Part shown: in pieces, positions 10,346 through 20,443 of the stretch | Numbering within the stretch: position 1 is the stretch's first letter | Layout: every line of letters starts with the position of its first letter | Assembly: GCA_963769365.1 (NCBI GenBank) | Contig: CAVYLU010000025.1 | Coordinates: forward strand, 19,970-83,969 | Direction: 5' to 3' | Source: an uncultured Alphaproteobacteria bacterium | GTDB taxonomy: Bacteria > Pseudomonadota > Alphaproteobacteria > Rhizobiales > Xanthobacteraceae | DNA length: 64,000 nt | Position numbers and translations under genes: made by a program | The notes under the pieces: model-generated | Told to the model about the DNA's origin: nothing | The model's database searches: none | The model's input: the letters and a program-made list of their open reading frames with translations, nothing else

Positions 10346-12136
10346 ATGAAACTCGAAGCACCAACCGCCACCGATTTCAGCGACGAGCAGAAGCGCTACT
10401 TGGAAGGCTTCATGTCAGGCCTCCAGGTCGCCCGCGTCGGGCGCAATCTCGGCGTGGCGGGCGGAACGGCCGACAAGGCAAACGCGGAGCCGACCGGACC
10501 CGATGCCGCGCATATCAAGGCACAGGACAAGATCGCTGCGTCGGGCAGGAAACTCGCCGACCAGGAAAAGTTCAAGCGCGAACAGCATCCGTTCGATGCC
10601 TATGAGCGCTTGAAAGACCAGGCGAGGCACAACGCGCCGCCGTCGCCGGCGGATAATTTCCGCTGGCGTTATTACGGGTTGTTTTATGTGGCGCCGGCGC
10701 AGGACTCCTTCATGTGCCGCCTGCGGATGCCGAACAGCATCCTGAAGCACTGGCAATTCTCGGCCCTTGCCGGTCTCGCCGAGAGTTTTGGCGGTGGCTA
10801 CACCCACGTGACGACCCGCGCCAATATCCAGATCAGGGAGATCCCGCCCAGGCACAATGTCGCCCTGATCGAGGGCATCCAGGACATCGGCCTGTGCTCG
10901 CGCGGCGCCGGCGCGGACAACATCCGCAACGTCACGGGCACGCCGACCGCCGGCATCGATCCCCAGGAATTGATCGACACCAGGCCGTATACGCGAGAGT
11001 GGCACTACCACATCCTCAACGACCGTTCGCTCTACGGTTTGCCGCGCAAGTTCAACGTCGCCTTCGACGGCGCCGGCAAGATCGCCGTGCTCGAGGATAC
11101 CAACGACATCGCCTTTTCGGCGGTCGAGGTGAAGGACGGCTTTGGCGTTGCGCCCGGCATCTGGTTCCGCTTGGGCGTGGGCGGCATCACCGGTCACAAG
11201 GATTTCGCCAAGGCGACCGGCATCATCGTCAAGCCGGAAGAGGCGACCATGGTGGCGGATGCGATCGTGCGGGTGTTCATCGACACCGGCGACCGCACCA
11301 ACCGCCTCAAGGCGCGCCTCAAATACGTGCTCGACGGCATGGGCGTCGACAAGTTCATGACGTCGGTCGAGGACAAGCTCGGCCGCAAGCTCGCGCGCGC
11401 GCCGGCGGACGCGATCGCGCCGCGGCCGGCCTTCGACCGCATGGCGCATATCGGCGTCCACCAGCAGAAGCAGCAAGGCTTGAACTGGATCGGTGTCGTG
11501 CTGCCGCTCGGCAAGCTCACGGGCGATCAGATGCGCGGGCTTGCCAAGATCGCGCAAGACCTCGGCGACGGCGAGATCAGGCTGACGGTCTGGCAGAATC
11601 TTCTGATCTCCGGCGTGCGTGACGAGAACGTGGCGCTGGCAAGTGCCGCGATCGACAAGCTCGGCCTGGCGGTCAAGGCCTCGCAGATCCGCGCCGGGCT
11701 AATCGCCTGCACCGGCAATACCGGTTGCAAATTCGCGGCCTCCGACACCAAGCGCCACGCCGCTGAGATCGGCGATTGGTGCGAAAGGCGCGTCAATGTC
11801 GACAGCCCGCTCAACATCCATCTCACCGGCTGCCATCATTCCTGTGCCCAGCACTACATCAGCGACATCGGCTTGCTCGCGGCGAAAGTGCCGGGGGCAA
11901 CCGAGGACGATGCGGTGGAGGGCTATCACCTCTTTGCCGGCGGCGGGTTTGGACCCGATGCCGAGATCGGGCAGGAGGTCTATCGCGACGTCAAGGCGGA
12001 AGACACGCCGAAGACGGTGGAGCGTCTGCTCAAGGCATATCTGACCAATCGTGCCTCGGCCAATGAGACGTTCCTCGCCTTCGCTCGCCGCCACGACGGC
12101 GAGACCTTGCGCAAATTGGCCGAAGCGGAGGCATGA
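10346..12136 (+). CDS. nirA: ferredoxin-type assimilatory nitrite reductase (siroheme/4Fe-4S)
   Basis: Internal ATG at 10346 within ORF 9467..12136; the upstream part overlaps the FNT gene out of frame. Cys cluster CTGNTGCKFA...LTGCHHSCAQHYI; NiR/SiR repeat architecture. Confidence 0.85.
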   Translation: MKLEAPTATDFSDEQKRYLEGFMSGLQVARVGRNLGVAGGTADKANAEPTGPDAAHIKAQDKIAASGRKLADQEKFKREQHPFDAYERLKDQARHNAPPSPADNFRWRYYGLFYVAPAQDSFMCRLRMPNSILKHWQFSALAGLAESFGGGYTHVTTRANIQIREIPPRHNVALIEGIQDIGLCSRGAGADNIRNVTGTPTAGIDPQELIDTRPYTREWHYHILNDRSLYGLPRKFNVAFDGAGKIAVLEDTNDIAFSAVEVKDGFGVAPGIWFRLGVGGITGHKDFAKATGIIVKPEEATMVADAIVRVFIDTGDRTNRLKARLKYVLDGMGVDKFMTSVEDKLGRKLARAPADAIAPRPAFDRMAHIGVHQQKQQGLNWIGVVLPLGKLTGDQMRGLAKIAQDLGDGEIRLTVWQNLLISGVRDENVALASAAIDKLGLAVKASQIRAGLIACTGNTGCKFAASDTKRHAAEIGDWCERRVNVDSPLNIHLTGCHHSCAQHYISDIGLLAAKVPGATEDDAVEGYHLFAGGGFGPDAEIGQEVYRDVKAEDTPKTVERLLKAYLTNRASANETFLAFARRHDGETLRKLAEAEA

Positions 12137-13743
12137 CCGTGAACCAGATGACCACCCCGCCGCGGATCGAGATCATTCCGGCCAGTGCGCCATTCTCGGA
12201 GACCCAGCGCCTGTGGCTGAACGGTTTTTTGGTCGGAATGCTCGGGCTCGACGGAACGACGCCGCTGTCACCGGAGCAGACCAGCGCGATGCTGGGGCCG
12301 ACCGCCGGCGGCGATGATGGCGAAACGCCGTGGCACGACCAGACCATCCCGATTGCGGACCGCATGAAGCTAGCGGAAGGCCGTCCCTTGCGGCGGCGGA
12401 TGATGGCGGCGATGGCGCAGCAGGATTGCGGCCAGTGCGGCTATAATTGCAACGATTATTCCGACGCGATCGCAGGCAAAGGCGAGGCGCGGCTCAACCT
12501 CTGCGTCCCCGGCGGCAAGGAAACCGCACGGATGCTGAAGTCGCTGTATGAGGAGCTCGACAAGACGCCTGCCGCCGCGTCATCCGCGTCCGTTGCGGCA
12601 GCCGTTGCGGTATCCACCACGACGGCCGAACCCGGCCGTTCCCGCGACAATCCGGTAGCGGCAACCTTCGTGTCGCGCCACCTGCTCAACAAGCAAGGCT
12701 CGGAGAAAGAAACCTGGCACATCGACTTTGATCTCTCTGGCGCCGGCCTTGACTATGTCGTCGGCGACAGTTTTGGCATTTTTGCCAAGAACCATATCGG
12801 CCTGGTCGATCAGATCATCGCGCTGCTCGGCGCCTCCCACACCACGGAAGTGAGAGGCAAGACGTTGCGCGATGTGTTGTCGGAGGATGTTTCGCTGGCG
12901 CCCGCGCCGGACTCGCTGTTCGAGCTGTTCTCCTACCTCACCGGCGGCGCGCAGCGCGAGAAGGCGCGCGCGCTGGCGCAGGGCGAGGACCCCGACGGTG
13001 ACGCCGCCACGCTTGACGTCATGGCGGTGCTGCAGAAATTCGCCAATGTGCGCCCGCACCCCGAAGCGTTCGTCGAAGCGCTGGAGCCCCTGCAGCCGCG
13101 GCTTTACTCGATTTCGTCGTCGCACAATGCGACGCCCGGAAAACTGTCGCTGACCGTCGATTGCGTCCGCTACGTGGTGGGAAAACGCAAGCGCCTGGGA
13201 CTTGCCTCGACCTTCCTTGCCGAACGCATCAACCCGGGTGACGAAGTGAAGGTCTATGTGCAGAAGGCCCATGGCTTTGCGTTGCCGCCGGACCCGAAGA
13301 CGCCGATCATCATGATCGGGCCCGGCACCGGCATCGCGCCGTTCCGCGCCTTCCTGCTCGACCGCAAGGCGACCGGCGCGCAGGGAAAGAACTGGCTGTT
13401 CTTCGGTCATCAGCGCAGCGATTGCGATTTCTTCTATTCCGACGAACTCAACGCCATGAAGACATCGGGCCTATTGACGCGGTTGTCGCTGGCGTGGTCG
13501 CGCGACGGCACCAAGAAATTCTACGTGCAGGACCGCATGCGCGAAGTCGGCCGCGAATTGTGGACGTGGCTCGCCGAGGGCGCCAATATCTACATCTGCG
13601 GCGATGCCAAGCGGATGGCCAAGGATGTCGAACGCACACTCGTCGATATCGTCGCCCAGTTCGGGGCGCGTTCCACCGACGAGGCTGTGAGCTTCGTCGG
13701 GGAACTCAAGAAGAAGGGACGATTCCAGCAGGACGTTTATTGA
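12133..13743 (+). CDS. CysJ-like FAD/NADPH oxidoreductase lacking a flavodoxin domain, with a Cys-rich N-domain
   Basis: Start overlaps the nirA stop (ATGA). RLYSISSS (FAD), GPGTGIAPFRAF and YICGDAKRMAKDV (NADPH), C-terminus QQDVY. N-domain carries CGQCGYNC-X17-C. Confidence 0.8.
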   Translation: MTVNQMTTPPRIEIIPASAPFSETQRLWLNGFLVGMLGLDGTTPLSPEQTSAMLGPTAGGDDGETPWHDQTIPIADRMKLAEGRPLRRRMMAAMAQQDCGQCGYNCNDYSDAIAGKGEARLNLCVPGGKETARMLKSLYEELDKTPAAASSASVAAAVAVSTTTAEPGRSRDNPVAATFVSRHLLNKQGSEKETWHIDFDLSGAGLDYVVGDSFGIFAKNHIGLVDQIIALLGASHTTEVRGKTLRDVLSEDVSLAPAPDSLFELFSYLTGGAQREKARALAQGEDPDGDAATLDVMAVLQKFANVRPHPEAFVEALEPLQPRLYSISSSHNATPGKLSLTVDCVRYVVGKRKRLGLASTFLAERINPGDEVKVYVQKAHGFALPPDPKTPIIMIGPGTGIAPFRAFLLDRKATGAQGKNWLFFGHQRSDCDFFYSDELNAMKTSGLLTRLSLAWSRDGTKKFYVQDRMREVGRELWTWLAEGANIYICGDAKRMAKDVERTLVDIVAQFGARSTDEAVSFVGELKKKGRFQQDVY

Positions 13744-13919
13744 GTGCTTCCAATCTGCTTCAAATGCAGTCGAATAAAATTCTCGTTCGACTCCGGCGCA
13801 GAGAATTTTTGACTGGGAACGGAATCTATTGAAGGATTCCTATCGCTATTTCCGACGCCGCCTTGCATCCCGCTGTGAACAGTATTCCTTTGCTAGCGAT
13901 GGGGCGTTGGAGATCGACC

Positions 13920-14072
13920 ATGCGCGAGCTATCGGCGGAAGCCCGGATACACTTTTACGCGCGCGCCTTGTCCCGGCGAACCGGTGCGGGAATTCACACA
14001 GCCGCGCTCTACGGCGCGCTGGCGATCATTGCCGGCGTGGTGTTCGGCACGCTGTCGGTGCATCCGTTCTAA
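13920..14072 (+). CDS. possible small membrane protein (50 aa)
   Basis: ATG at 13920 lies 7 nt after GGAG. C-terminal hydrophobic helix ALYGALAIIAGVVFGTL. Weak support. Confidence 0.3.
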   Translation: MRELSAEARIHFYARALSRRTGAGIHTAALYGALAIIAGVVFGTLSVHPF

Positions 14073-14085
14073 GTTTGCAGGAATC

Positions 14086-14184
14086 GTAGGGTGGGCAAAG
14101 CGAAGCGTGCCCACCTTCCATTTTCGCCCAACATTTGAATTCTGGTTTGGTGGGCACGGCGCAAGTGCGCCTTGCCCACCCTAC
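14086..14184. repeat. REP-like element with two hairpin copies
   Basis: Hairpins ggtgggca-N10-tgcccacc (14092-14115) and ggtgggca-N16-tgcccacc (14149-14180). Outer inverted arms are gtagggtggg and cccaccctac. Confidence 0.6.
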
Positions 14185-14188
14185 AATT

Positions 14189-14959
14189 CTAAGCCGCTCG
14201 CTTGAACGGCGCCACGTCAATCCCGTTTTCCTTCAATGCCTGACGTACGCCGCGCGCGATATCAACCGCGCCGGGCGTGTCGCCGTGGATGCAGACGGTG
14301 TCGGTGCGCATCTTGATCACCTTGCCGGTGACCGAGACCACCGCGCCGTCCTGCACCATCCGCACCACGCGCTGCGCGATCTCTTTTGCATCGTGAAGAA
14401 CCGCACCGGGCTTCTTGCGCGAGACCAGCGAGCCATCGTCCTCATAGGCGCGATCGGCAAATACTTCGTGCACCATCGGCAGGTTGGCGCGTTCGCCGGC
14501 CTTCACTAGAATTGAATTGGCGAGCACGACGAACACCAGATTGGGATCGACCGCCTTGATGGCGTTTGCAATCGCCTGCGCGGTCGGCTCATCCTCGCAG
14601 GCGACATTGGAGAGCGCGCCATGCGCCTTGACGTGGGTGACCTTGTGGCCGGCCGCGATCGCGATCGCCTGCAGTGCGCCGATCTGGTAGGCGACCAGGT
14701 TTTCGATCTCGGAAGCCTTCATGCCGGGAAACGGCCGGCGGCCAAAGCCGTGCAGGTCGCGGTAACCGGGATGGGCGCCGATGCTGACGCCGCGCGCCTT
14801 CGCAAGCTCCACCGTCTTGCGCATGATATCGGCATCGCCGGCATGATAGCCGCAGGCGATGTTGACCGAGGTCGCAAGCTCGATCATGGCGGCATCGTTG
14901 CCCATTTCCCAGGGACCAAAACTTTCGCCGAGATCGCAGTTGAGATCGATAGTCGTCAT
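14189..14959 (-). CDS. pxpA: 5-oxoprolinase subunit A (LamB/YcsF family)
   Basis: [15 protein letters not shown]..., [20 protein letters not shown] at 14959 matches the family N-terminus. Confidence 0.9.
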   Translation of the reverse strand: MTTIDLNCDLGESFGPWEMGNDAAMIELATSVNIACGYHAGDADIMRKTVELAKARGVSIGAHPGYRDLHGFGRRPFPGMKASEIENLVAYQIGALQAIAIAAGHKVTHVKAHGALSNVACEDEPTAQAIANAIKAVDPNLVFVVLANSILVKAGERANLPMVHEVFADRAYEDDGSLVSRKKPGAVLHDAKEIAQRVVRMVQDGAVVSVTGKVIKMRTDTVCIHGDTPGAVDIARGVRQALKENGIDVAPFKRAA

Positions 14960-15000
14960 GATGGTTGTCCGCTTTTGGCTCGAGGGGCTGTCTTGACTGC

Positions 15001-16023
15001 TTATTGCCACGTCGCGGCGTCGACCGCGCTGACGGCGTGGCCGGCGACATTAGCATGCTGCAGCGCCTCGATGTTGAGATCAAAGTTTTCGATTCCGCGC
15101 AGGCGGTCGGGCAGGCTGTGCAACAGGGTTGCGAACCTTCGCGCTTCCGCCTCCGCTCCCGCCATACCGACCGCCTTGAACCGGAAGCCGGTTCCAGGTG
15201 GGATTTGCGCGAAACGGCCGAAGTCGGCCGAAATCACGGTGGCGATCTTGGGGTATCCGCCGCTGGTGCCGCGGTCCGGCATCAGCACGATCGGCGCGCC
15301 GTTGCCGGGCACCTGGATGCTGCCGTTCACGGTGCCGTCGGAGACGATGTTGTGGCCGTGCAAATGCCTGATGACGGGGCCTTCCAGCCGGTAACCCATG
15401 CGATCGCTGGTTGCCGAAATCTTCCATTCACTGCCGAGGAAGAGCTTTTTGGCATCGTCAGAAAATTCATCGTCTTGCGGCCCCAGCACGACACGGATCG
15501 GTCCCTTCTCGGCAGCGGGAAGCTCGATACGCTGTTCGGCCGCGCCGCCTGCCGCCACCGTCTGCAATTCATCGCCGGCCTGCAACGGGCGCGGATAGGG
15601 ACTGCCGAGGCCTGCGCGCGCATTCACCGCCAGGCTTCCGAACATCGGCTCGCCCGCAATGCCGCCCTCGATCGCGAGATAGCTGAATGCGCCGCCGCGG
15701 GCAAAGCCGAGCGTCAGCGTCTCGCCATCTGCGAGTGTTGTCGACGTATCGATGGCGACCACACGTCCGGCGATATCGGCGTTGCGCGAAGCGCCCGCAA
15801 GCGCGATCCGCACCGCACCGCCGCGCGCGGTGAACGCCGCACCAAACGGGCCGATCTCGACGCCAGCGGCAAGCGACGCGTTGCCGACCAGCGTATTGGC
15901 GGCCGCAAGCGCGAGCCGATCCACCGCGCCGCTTGGGGTCAGACCGTAACGCTGCGAACCCTGCCGGCCGCCGTCCTGGACAGAGCTTGCCGGCCCGATC
16001 GAAGCCACGACAAGCTTGCTCAT
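15001..16023 (-). CDS. pxpC: 5-oxoprolinase subunit C (KipA / allophanate hydrolase subunit 2 family)
   Basis: 340 aa. SVQDGGR.G....G...SGA.D and [10 protein letters not shown] motifs. Overlaps the pxpB stop. Confidence 0.85.
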   Translation of the reverse strand: MSKLVVASIGPASSVQDGGRQGSQRYGLTPSGAVDRLALAAANTLVGNASLAAGVEIGPFGAAFTARGGAVRIALAGASRNADIAGRVVAIDTSTTLADGETLTLGFARGGAFSYLAIEGGIAGEPMFGSLAVNARAGLGSPYPRPLQAGDELQTVAAGGAAEQRIELPAAEKGPIRVVLGPQDDEFSDDAKKLFLGSEWKISATSDRMGYRLEGPVIRHLHGHNIVSDGTVNGSIQVPGNGAPIVLMPDRGTSGGYPKIATVISADFGRFAQIPPGTGFRFKAVGMAGAEAEARRFATLLHSLPDRLRGIENFDLNIEALQHANVAGHAVSAVDAATWQ

Positions 16024-16763
16024 GACGCCATCAATTCGGCGACGATCTCGCCACTTTCGGCGGCCCGATCCTGCTCCGCAAACGTCTTGGCGTCGACCGG
16101 GACAAACGCAACGCGATCACCGGGCTCCAGCAGAAAGATGGGATCGCGGTGCAACTGATAGGTTCGCACGGCGGTGCGGCCCAACAGATGCCAGCCGCTG
16201 GGGCCGGCGAGACACTGCACGCCGGCCTGGACGCCGCCGATCGAGATGGTGCCGGCAGGCGTCAGCAGCCGCGGATCTTGCCGTCGCGGCATGTACAGGA
16301 ATTTGTCCAGTCCGCTGAGATAAGACCATCCCGGCGTGAAGCCGATCATGGCGACGCGATAGTCGCAGGCAACATGTCGCGCCACAACCTCCTCGGGTGT
16401 GGTTTGGAGCGCTCTGGCGACCGCTTCGAGATCGATGCCATGCTCGCCGCCATAGGCGACCGGAATGCGCCAGCGCCGGGATTTCATTGTCGGCGAAAGC
16501 GGGCGTTTTGCCAGCGAGAGGAGCCTCTCGCCCAAGGCATCGAAGCCGATTTGGACGGGATCATAATGCACAAGTAGCGACCGATAGGTCGGCACGGTCT
16601 CGATGACGCCCGAAACCGGCGCGCCATTTAGGGCGCGATCGAGCGCCAGCACGCGCTGGTTGGCGGCATCGTCGATATCGCGGGAAAATTCCACCGTGAT
16701 GGCGGCATCGCCACTCGGCAAAAGGCGGGGCGGGGAAAGGGTTACGGCCATGGCCTCATGCAC
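16020..16763 (-). CDS. pxpB: 5-oxoprolinase subunit B (KipI family)
   Basis: 247 aa; LPSGDAAITVEF..., TVPTYRSLLVHYDP, GFTPGWSYL. The start could be 16751. Confidence 0.85.
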   Translation of the reverse strand: MHEAMAVTLSPPRLLPSGDAAITVEFSRDIDDAANQRVLALDRALNGAPVSGVIETVPTYRSLLVHYDPVQIGFDALGERLLSLAKRPLSPTMKSRRWRIPVAYGGEHGIDLEAVARALQTTPEEVVARHVACDYRVAMIGFTPGWSYLSGLDKFLYMPRRQDPRLLTPAGTISIGGVQAGVQCLAGPSGWHLLGRTAVRTYQLHRDPIFLLEPGDRVAFVPVDAKTFAEQDRAAESGEIVAELMAS

Positions 16764-16965
16764 TTCTTCATGGCCCTCAAGCTAACTCATTTTGTTGCGG
16801 AGCGGAATTCGCTTCGCATAAAATGGCCCTGCAAATTCAATAAATTAATCAACGGGTGACCGATAAGATGATCCGACGAATCCCGCCACGCATGGCCGCC
16901 CTTGACGCGCTCGTCCCGCGCCGCAAGATGCGAGCCGCCAATCCCTCCCGGAGCCAGCTTTCCAG

Positions 16966-17664
16966 ATGTCCCTGACCCCCGACGCCATCGAGACGCTTTC
17001 GCGCATCTCCACCGCCACCATCACCACGGTTCTGCTCAAGAAGGGACTGCGAAACGTCTGGATGCGCGGGACCAAGCCGCTGCGGCCCGGACAGAAGCGG
17101 CTGGTCGGGCCGGCCTTCACGTTACGCTTCGTGCCGGCGCGCGAGGATCTGGCGACGCCGGAATCATGGTCGTCGCCGATATCCACCCGCACGGCGATCG
17201 AGGCGATGCCGGCGGGCTGCATCGCCGTGGTCGACGCCATGGGCATCACCAATGCCGGCATCTTCGGCGATATCTTGTGCGCACGGATGGTCAAGCGCGG
17301 GGTCGCGGCGCTGATCACCGACGGCGTAGTGCGCGACGTCGAGGGCGTGCTCGGCACCGGCCTTCCGGTCTGGTGCGACGGGTTTGCCGCGCCGCCTTCG
17401 GTCGCGGGCCTTACCTTTGTCGGCTGGGGCGAGCCGATCGGCTGCGGCGGCGTCGCGGTATTTCCGAACGACATCGTTGTCACCGACGAGGACGGCGCGG
17501 TGCTGATCCCGCAAGCGCAGCTCGACCATATCCTGACTGAGGGGCCGGAGCAGGAACGGATGGAAGCCTGGATCGTCAACGAAGTGAACAACGGTGCTGC
17601 GTTGCCCGGCCTCTATCCCATGAATGCCGAGACCAAGGCGCGTTACGCGGCTTCCAAGAAATAA
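16966..17664 (+). CDS. RraA-family protein (ribonuclease E inhibitor RraA / HMG-aldolase-like)
   Basis: LSRISTATITTVLLKKGL..., GDILCARMVKRGVAALITDGVVRD are typical of the RraA/MenG-like fold. Confidence 0.8.
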   Translation: MSLTPDAIETLSRISTATITTVLLKKGLRNVWMRGTKPLRPGQKRLVGPAFTLRFVPAREDLATPESWSSPISTRTAIEAMPAGCIAVVDAMGITNAGIFGDILCARMVKRGVAALITDGVVRDVEGVLGTGLPVWCDGFAAPPSVAGLTFVGWGEPIGCGGVAVFPNDIVVTDEDGAVLIPQAQLDHILTEGPEQERMEAWIVNEVNNGAALPGLYPMNAETKARYAASKK

Positions 17665-17708
17665 CCGGCCAATCGACAGCGCAAATAACACGGAAAGGGA
17701 GACGACCC

Positions 17709-18116
17709 ATGGATATCCATCTCGCCGGCTCGCGGCCGACGCGCCGCGCACCGAAGGAATATTTCACCGGTACGGTCTGGCAGGATCCGATCATCGCAAC
17801 CGCAGCACCGGCGCGGCTAGCCTCGAATCGCGTATCCTTCGAGCCGGGTGCGCGAACGGCATGGCATACGCATCCCCTTGGACAAACGCTTTATGTGATC
17901 TCGGGCGTCGGCCGGGTTCAGGCCAAGGGCGGACCCGTCAGAGAAATCCGGCCGGGCGATGTCGTCTGGATTCCGCCGAACGAAAAACATTGGCACGGGG
18001 CCTCGCCGACCAACGGCATGACCCACATTGCGATGCAGGAATCGCACAATGACAGTTACGTCACCTGGATGGAGTACGTGTCCGACGCGGAATATTCCGC
18101 AAAGCTGGGAGAATAG
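17709..18116 (+). CDS. cupin domain protein
   Basis: FEPGARTAWHTHPLGQTLYVISGVG...GDVVWIPPNEKHWHGA (two-motif cupin signature). Confidence 0.75.
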   Translation: MDIHLAGSRPTRRAPKEYFTGTVWQDPIIATAAPARLASNRVSFEPGARTAWHTHPLGQTLYVISGVGRVQAKGGPVREIRPGDVVWIPPNEKHWHGASPTNGMTHIAMQESHNDSYVTWMEYVSDAEYSAKLGE

Positions 18117-18204
18117 CCGGGGTCTCGTGACGGCCGGCATTAACAGGATGTACTTGGGAGTGGCTCTGTTGAGCCGCTTCACGGGCTCAAGGTAGAATAC
18201 TCCG

Positions 18205-18663
18205 GTGATCAGGCTCCGTGACGCTCGACCGAACGAGTTGCCAAGTTTGAGTGAACTGTGCCTCCGCTCAAAAGCTGTTTGGGGGTACGAGGACGCATTC
18301 ATGACTGCGTGTCAAATGGAATTGACGCTGCGTCCAGACGAACTCCAGTCCACCCACCTCCAAGTGGCCGAACGCGAAACGGCCGTTGCTGGGCTGGCTC
18401 AGGTCAAAGTCACCGACGTCGATGCGGACCTGTTGAAACTCTTTGTCGAGCCTGCGCTCCTGAGATCAGGGGTTGGTCGCCTGCTGTTCGGGTGGGCAAT
18501 CGCTACCGCCCGAGCTCTTGGCGCTATTCGCATGATCATTGAGGCCGATCCCGGCGCGACTCCCTTTTACGAACGCATGGGCGCGCGCCATGCGGGCTTC
18601 GCTCGCTCCCAATCGATTGCCGGACGAATGCTCCCGCGCCTGCAGATGGATTTGGAAAAATAG
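18205..18663 (+). CDS. GNAT family N-acetyltransferase
   Basis: GTG start. Acetyl-CoA motif-A-like LRSGVGRLLFGWAIATARALGA and FYERMGA. Confidence 0.7.
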   Translation: MIRLRDARPNELPSLSELCLRSKAVWGYEDAFMTACQMELTLRPDELQSTHLQVAERETAVAGLAQVKVTDVDADLLKLFVEPALLRSGVGRLLFGWAIATARALGAIRMIIEADPGATPFYERMGARHAGFARSQSIAGRMLPRLQMDLEK

Positions 18664-18727
18664 GCAAGTTACCGCGATGGCGGTTCGACGGTGGCCTCCT
18701 GCGGTCAGTCGTTCGCGTCGTTGCCGA

Positions 18728-19084
18728 TCAGATCCGCTGCGCTACCCAGGTGCCCGAGCACAAGGCGGCGCGCCAGGTGCCCGATCCGGACGCACCGGCG
18801 AGATGACCGAAGCCGACAGCCCGCTTGATTCCGCTGATCAGGGTGACGCTGATACTGCCGGCTTCGGCAACGCGGCCTGAAGCGGCGACCATCGCGTTGT
18901 TCGAGACGACCTGGCCGTTGCTGATTCCGATCGAGACGCTGGTGCCGGCGTTGCAGGCCGAGTTCGACGAAGCGATCTGGACGCTCCAGTTACCGTCGAA
19001 TGTCGCGGCCGTGGCCGGTGTGGCGGCCGGCAGACCCAGAAGAAGAATGCGGCTGGCGAAAATTAGCTTCTTGAAATGTCCCAT
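18728..19084 (-). CDS. small secreted protein (hypothetical)
   Basis: ATG at 19084 gives signal peptide MGHFKKLIFASRILLLGLPAATPATA. The mature part has 2 Cys. Confidence 0.55.
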   Translation of the reverse strand: MGHFKKLIFASRILLLGLPAATPATAATFDGNWSVQIASSNSACNAGTSVSIGISNGQVVSNNAMVAASGRVAEAGSISVTLISGIKRAVGFGHLAGASGSGTWRAALCSGTWVAQRI

Positions 19085-19321
19085 GACGTGCCCCCTGCTG
19101 TTCGGACAGGGCAACATCACACGGCGCGTCGCCGGAGAATGTGATGGGAGTCACGCGTGAGAGTCACTCTTTGGGAGTCACTCGGGCACCGTGAAAGCGA
19201 CCCGGTGAACCGATTGCGGTCCGGACACGACGTGACGCCGCGCACACTTCCGAGCCGAGGCGCAGCCAAAACGCCCCGCCGCCAGAGCGGGGCGTTTCTG
19301 CTTGGGGACGCTGCCGGCGTG

Positions 19322-20158
19322 CTAATTCACGCGGGTCCAGGTCTGGCCACCGCAGAACATGCCGCCAAACGCGCAACCTTGGACGCGCAGGGTATCGGTG
19401 CCCTTCATCGCAATCGTCGAATCGTAGGTAGAGCCGGAGTTCGGATCGAGGATCCGCCCGCTCCACATGGAATCCTTGCCGGGCTTCATGTTGATCAGAA
19501 CCTGCTCGCCGTTCTTGTTCGATTTCGTGTCGACCGAGTAGCCGCAGAGATTGGCGCCGCATTGCTCGATCCGGACCTTGCCTTCCTTCTCCTCCGTCAA
19601 CCAGATGCCGAGTGGTGAATTCGGGTCATGAATTGCGGCGGGCGCGGGAGGGGCGGGAAGGGCTGCGGCCGCCGGCGGCAGTGGCGGAGGAACGGCGGCG
19701 ACGGCCGGGGCCGGCGCAGGCCTTGGCGGGGGAGCCGCATCCTGCTGAAGCGGTGGCGCGGGAGCCGGAAGCGGAGGCAGTGGCGGCAACGGAGGCGGCG
19801 CTGCAGCGGTATCTGCCGGCGCGTTGTTGGCGGTCGTGGTCGCAGGCTCCGGCAGCGGTGGCGGGATTGCCGCCGCGGGCGGAGGCGCCGCCTGCTCAGC
19901 CGGCGCGGGAGCCGGGCTCGGCGTTTGCGGATCGGCCTTCGCGTCTTGCGGGGTCTGTTGCTTGCGCGACTTGTCGCTGTCCTGATCGCCGCGTGCGCGC
20001 TTGGCTCGCCGTCCGGTGTTGTCGTAGACACCAGGGATGGAAATGGTGCCACGGTCTGGATCGATACGAATCGTGTGGCCGCCATATTCGAAGGTGTATT
20101 GAGCCTGTGCGGCGGTGCTCGCCAGCACAAACGCGGCGATAGCCAACAGCTTCTTCAT
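19322..20158 (-). CDS. secreted proline-rich protein with a DUF2147-like C-terminal domain
   Basis: Signal peptide MKKLLAIAAFVLASTAAQA, a long PPPLPP/APAPA low-complexity linker, and a C-terminal GIWLTEEKEGKVRIEQCGANLCG...GRILDPNSGSTY...CGGQTWTRV. Confidence 0.75.
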   Translation of the reverse strand: MKKLLAIAAFVLASTAAQAQYTFEYGGHTIRIDPDRGTISIPGVYDNTGRRAKRARGDQDSDKSRKQQTPQDAKADPQTPSPAPAPAEQAAPPPAAAIPPPLPEPATTTANNAPADTAAAPPPLPPLPPLPAPAPPLQQDAAPPPRPAPAPAVAAVPPPLPPAAAALPAPPAPAAIHDPNSPLGIWLTEEKEGKVRIEQCGANLCGYSVDTKSNKNGEQVLINMKPGKDSMWSGRILDPNSGSTYDSTIAMKGTDTLRVQGCAFGGMFCGGQTWTRVN

Positions 20159-20443
20159 CTTGAACCTCCTGAGCGCAGATCCCTGTCGGACCCTAGGCGT
20201 CAGCCGTTTTGCGCAACGTGATCCAGATCACTTTCAATCAATAAGTCGCAAGCTGGCCGGATTGGTTGAACACGGCTTCGCCAGCCAGTTTAAGGGCGGA
20301 CCTCTGCCGCGGTCAATTTCGGGAATTGCGCGCTTTCTGCGATAAAACCACTTATTGGAACCAGCACCATGTCTTCTCTGCGAAGGCATTCGATGACAGC
20401 CTATCGCGCCGGCCGGCCGCGGGCGAGTTGGAGAACCGAAACC

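Noticed and set aside
10415-11557. 380-aa minus-strand ORF, plus the 302-aa plus-strand ORF 10714..11622
   Set aside because: Shadow frames of nirA with no motifs and biased Arg/Asp/His content.
13776-13810. Intrinsic terminator after the flavoprotein gene (aaaattctc-N16-gagaatttt)
   Set aside because: The stem is AU-rich with a large loop, and the T residues are part of the stem rather than a tail. Too weak to call.
14965-16158. 397-aa plus-strand ORF
   Set aside because: Antisense to pxpC/pxpB.
19597-20221. Several 170-200-aa ORFs on both strands within the proline-rich gene
   Set aside because: Low-complexity GC-rich repeats keep all frames open. Only the frame with a signal peptide plus the DUF2147-like domain is credible.
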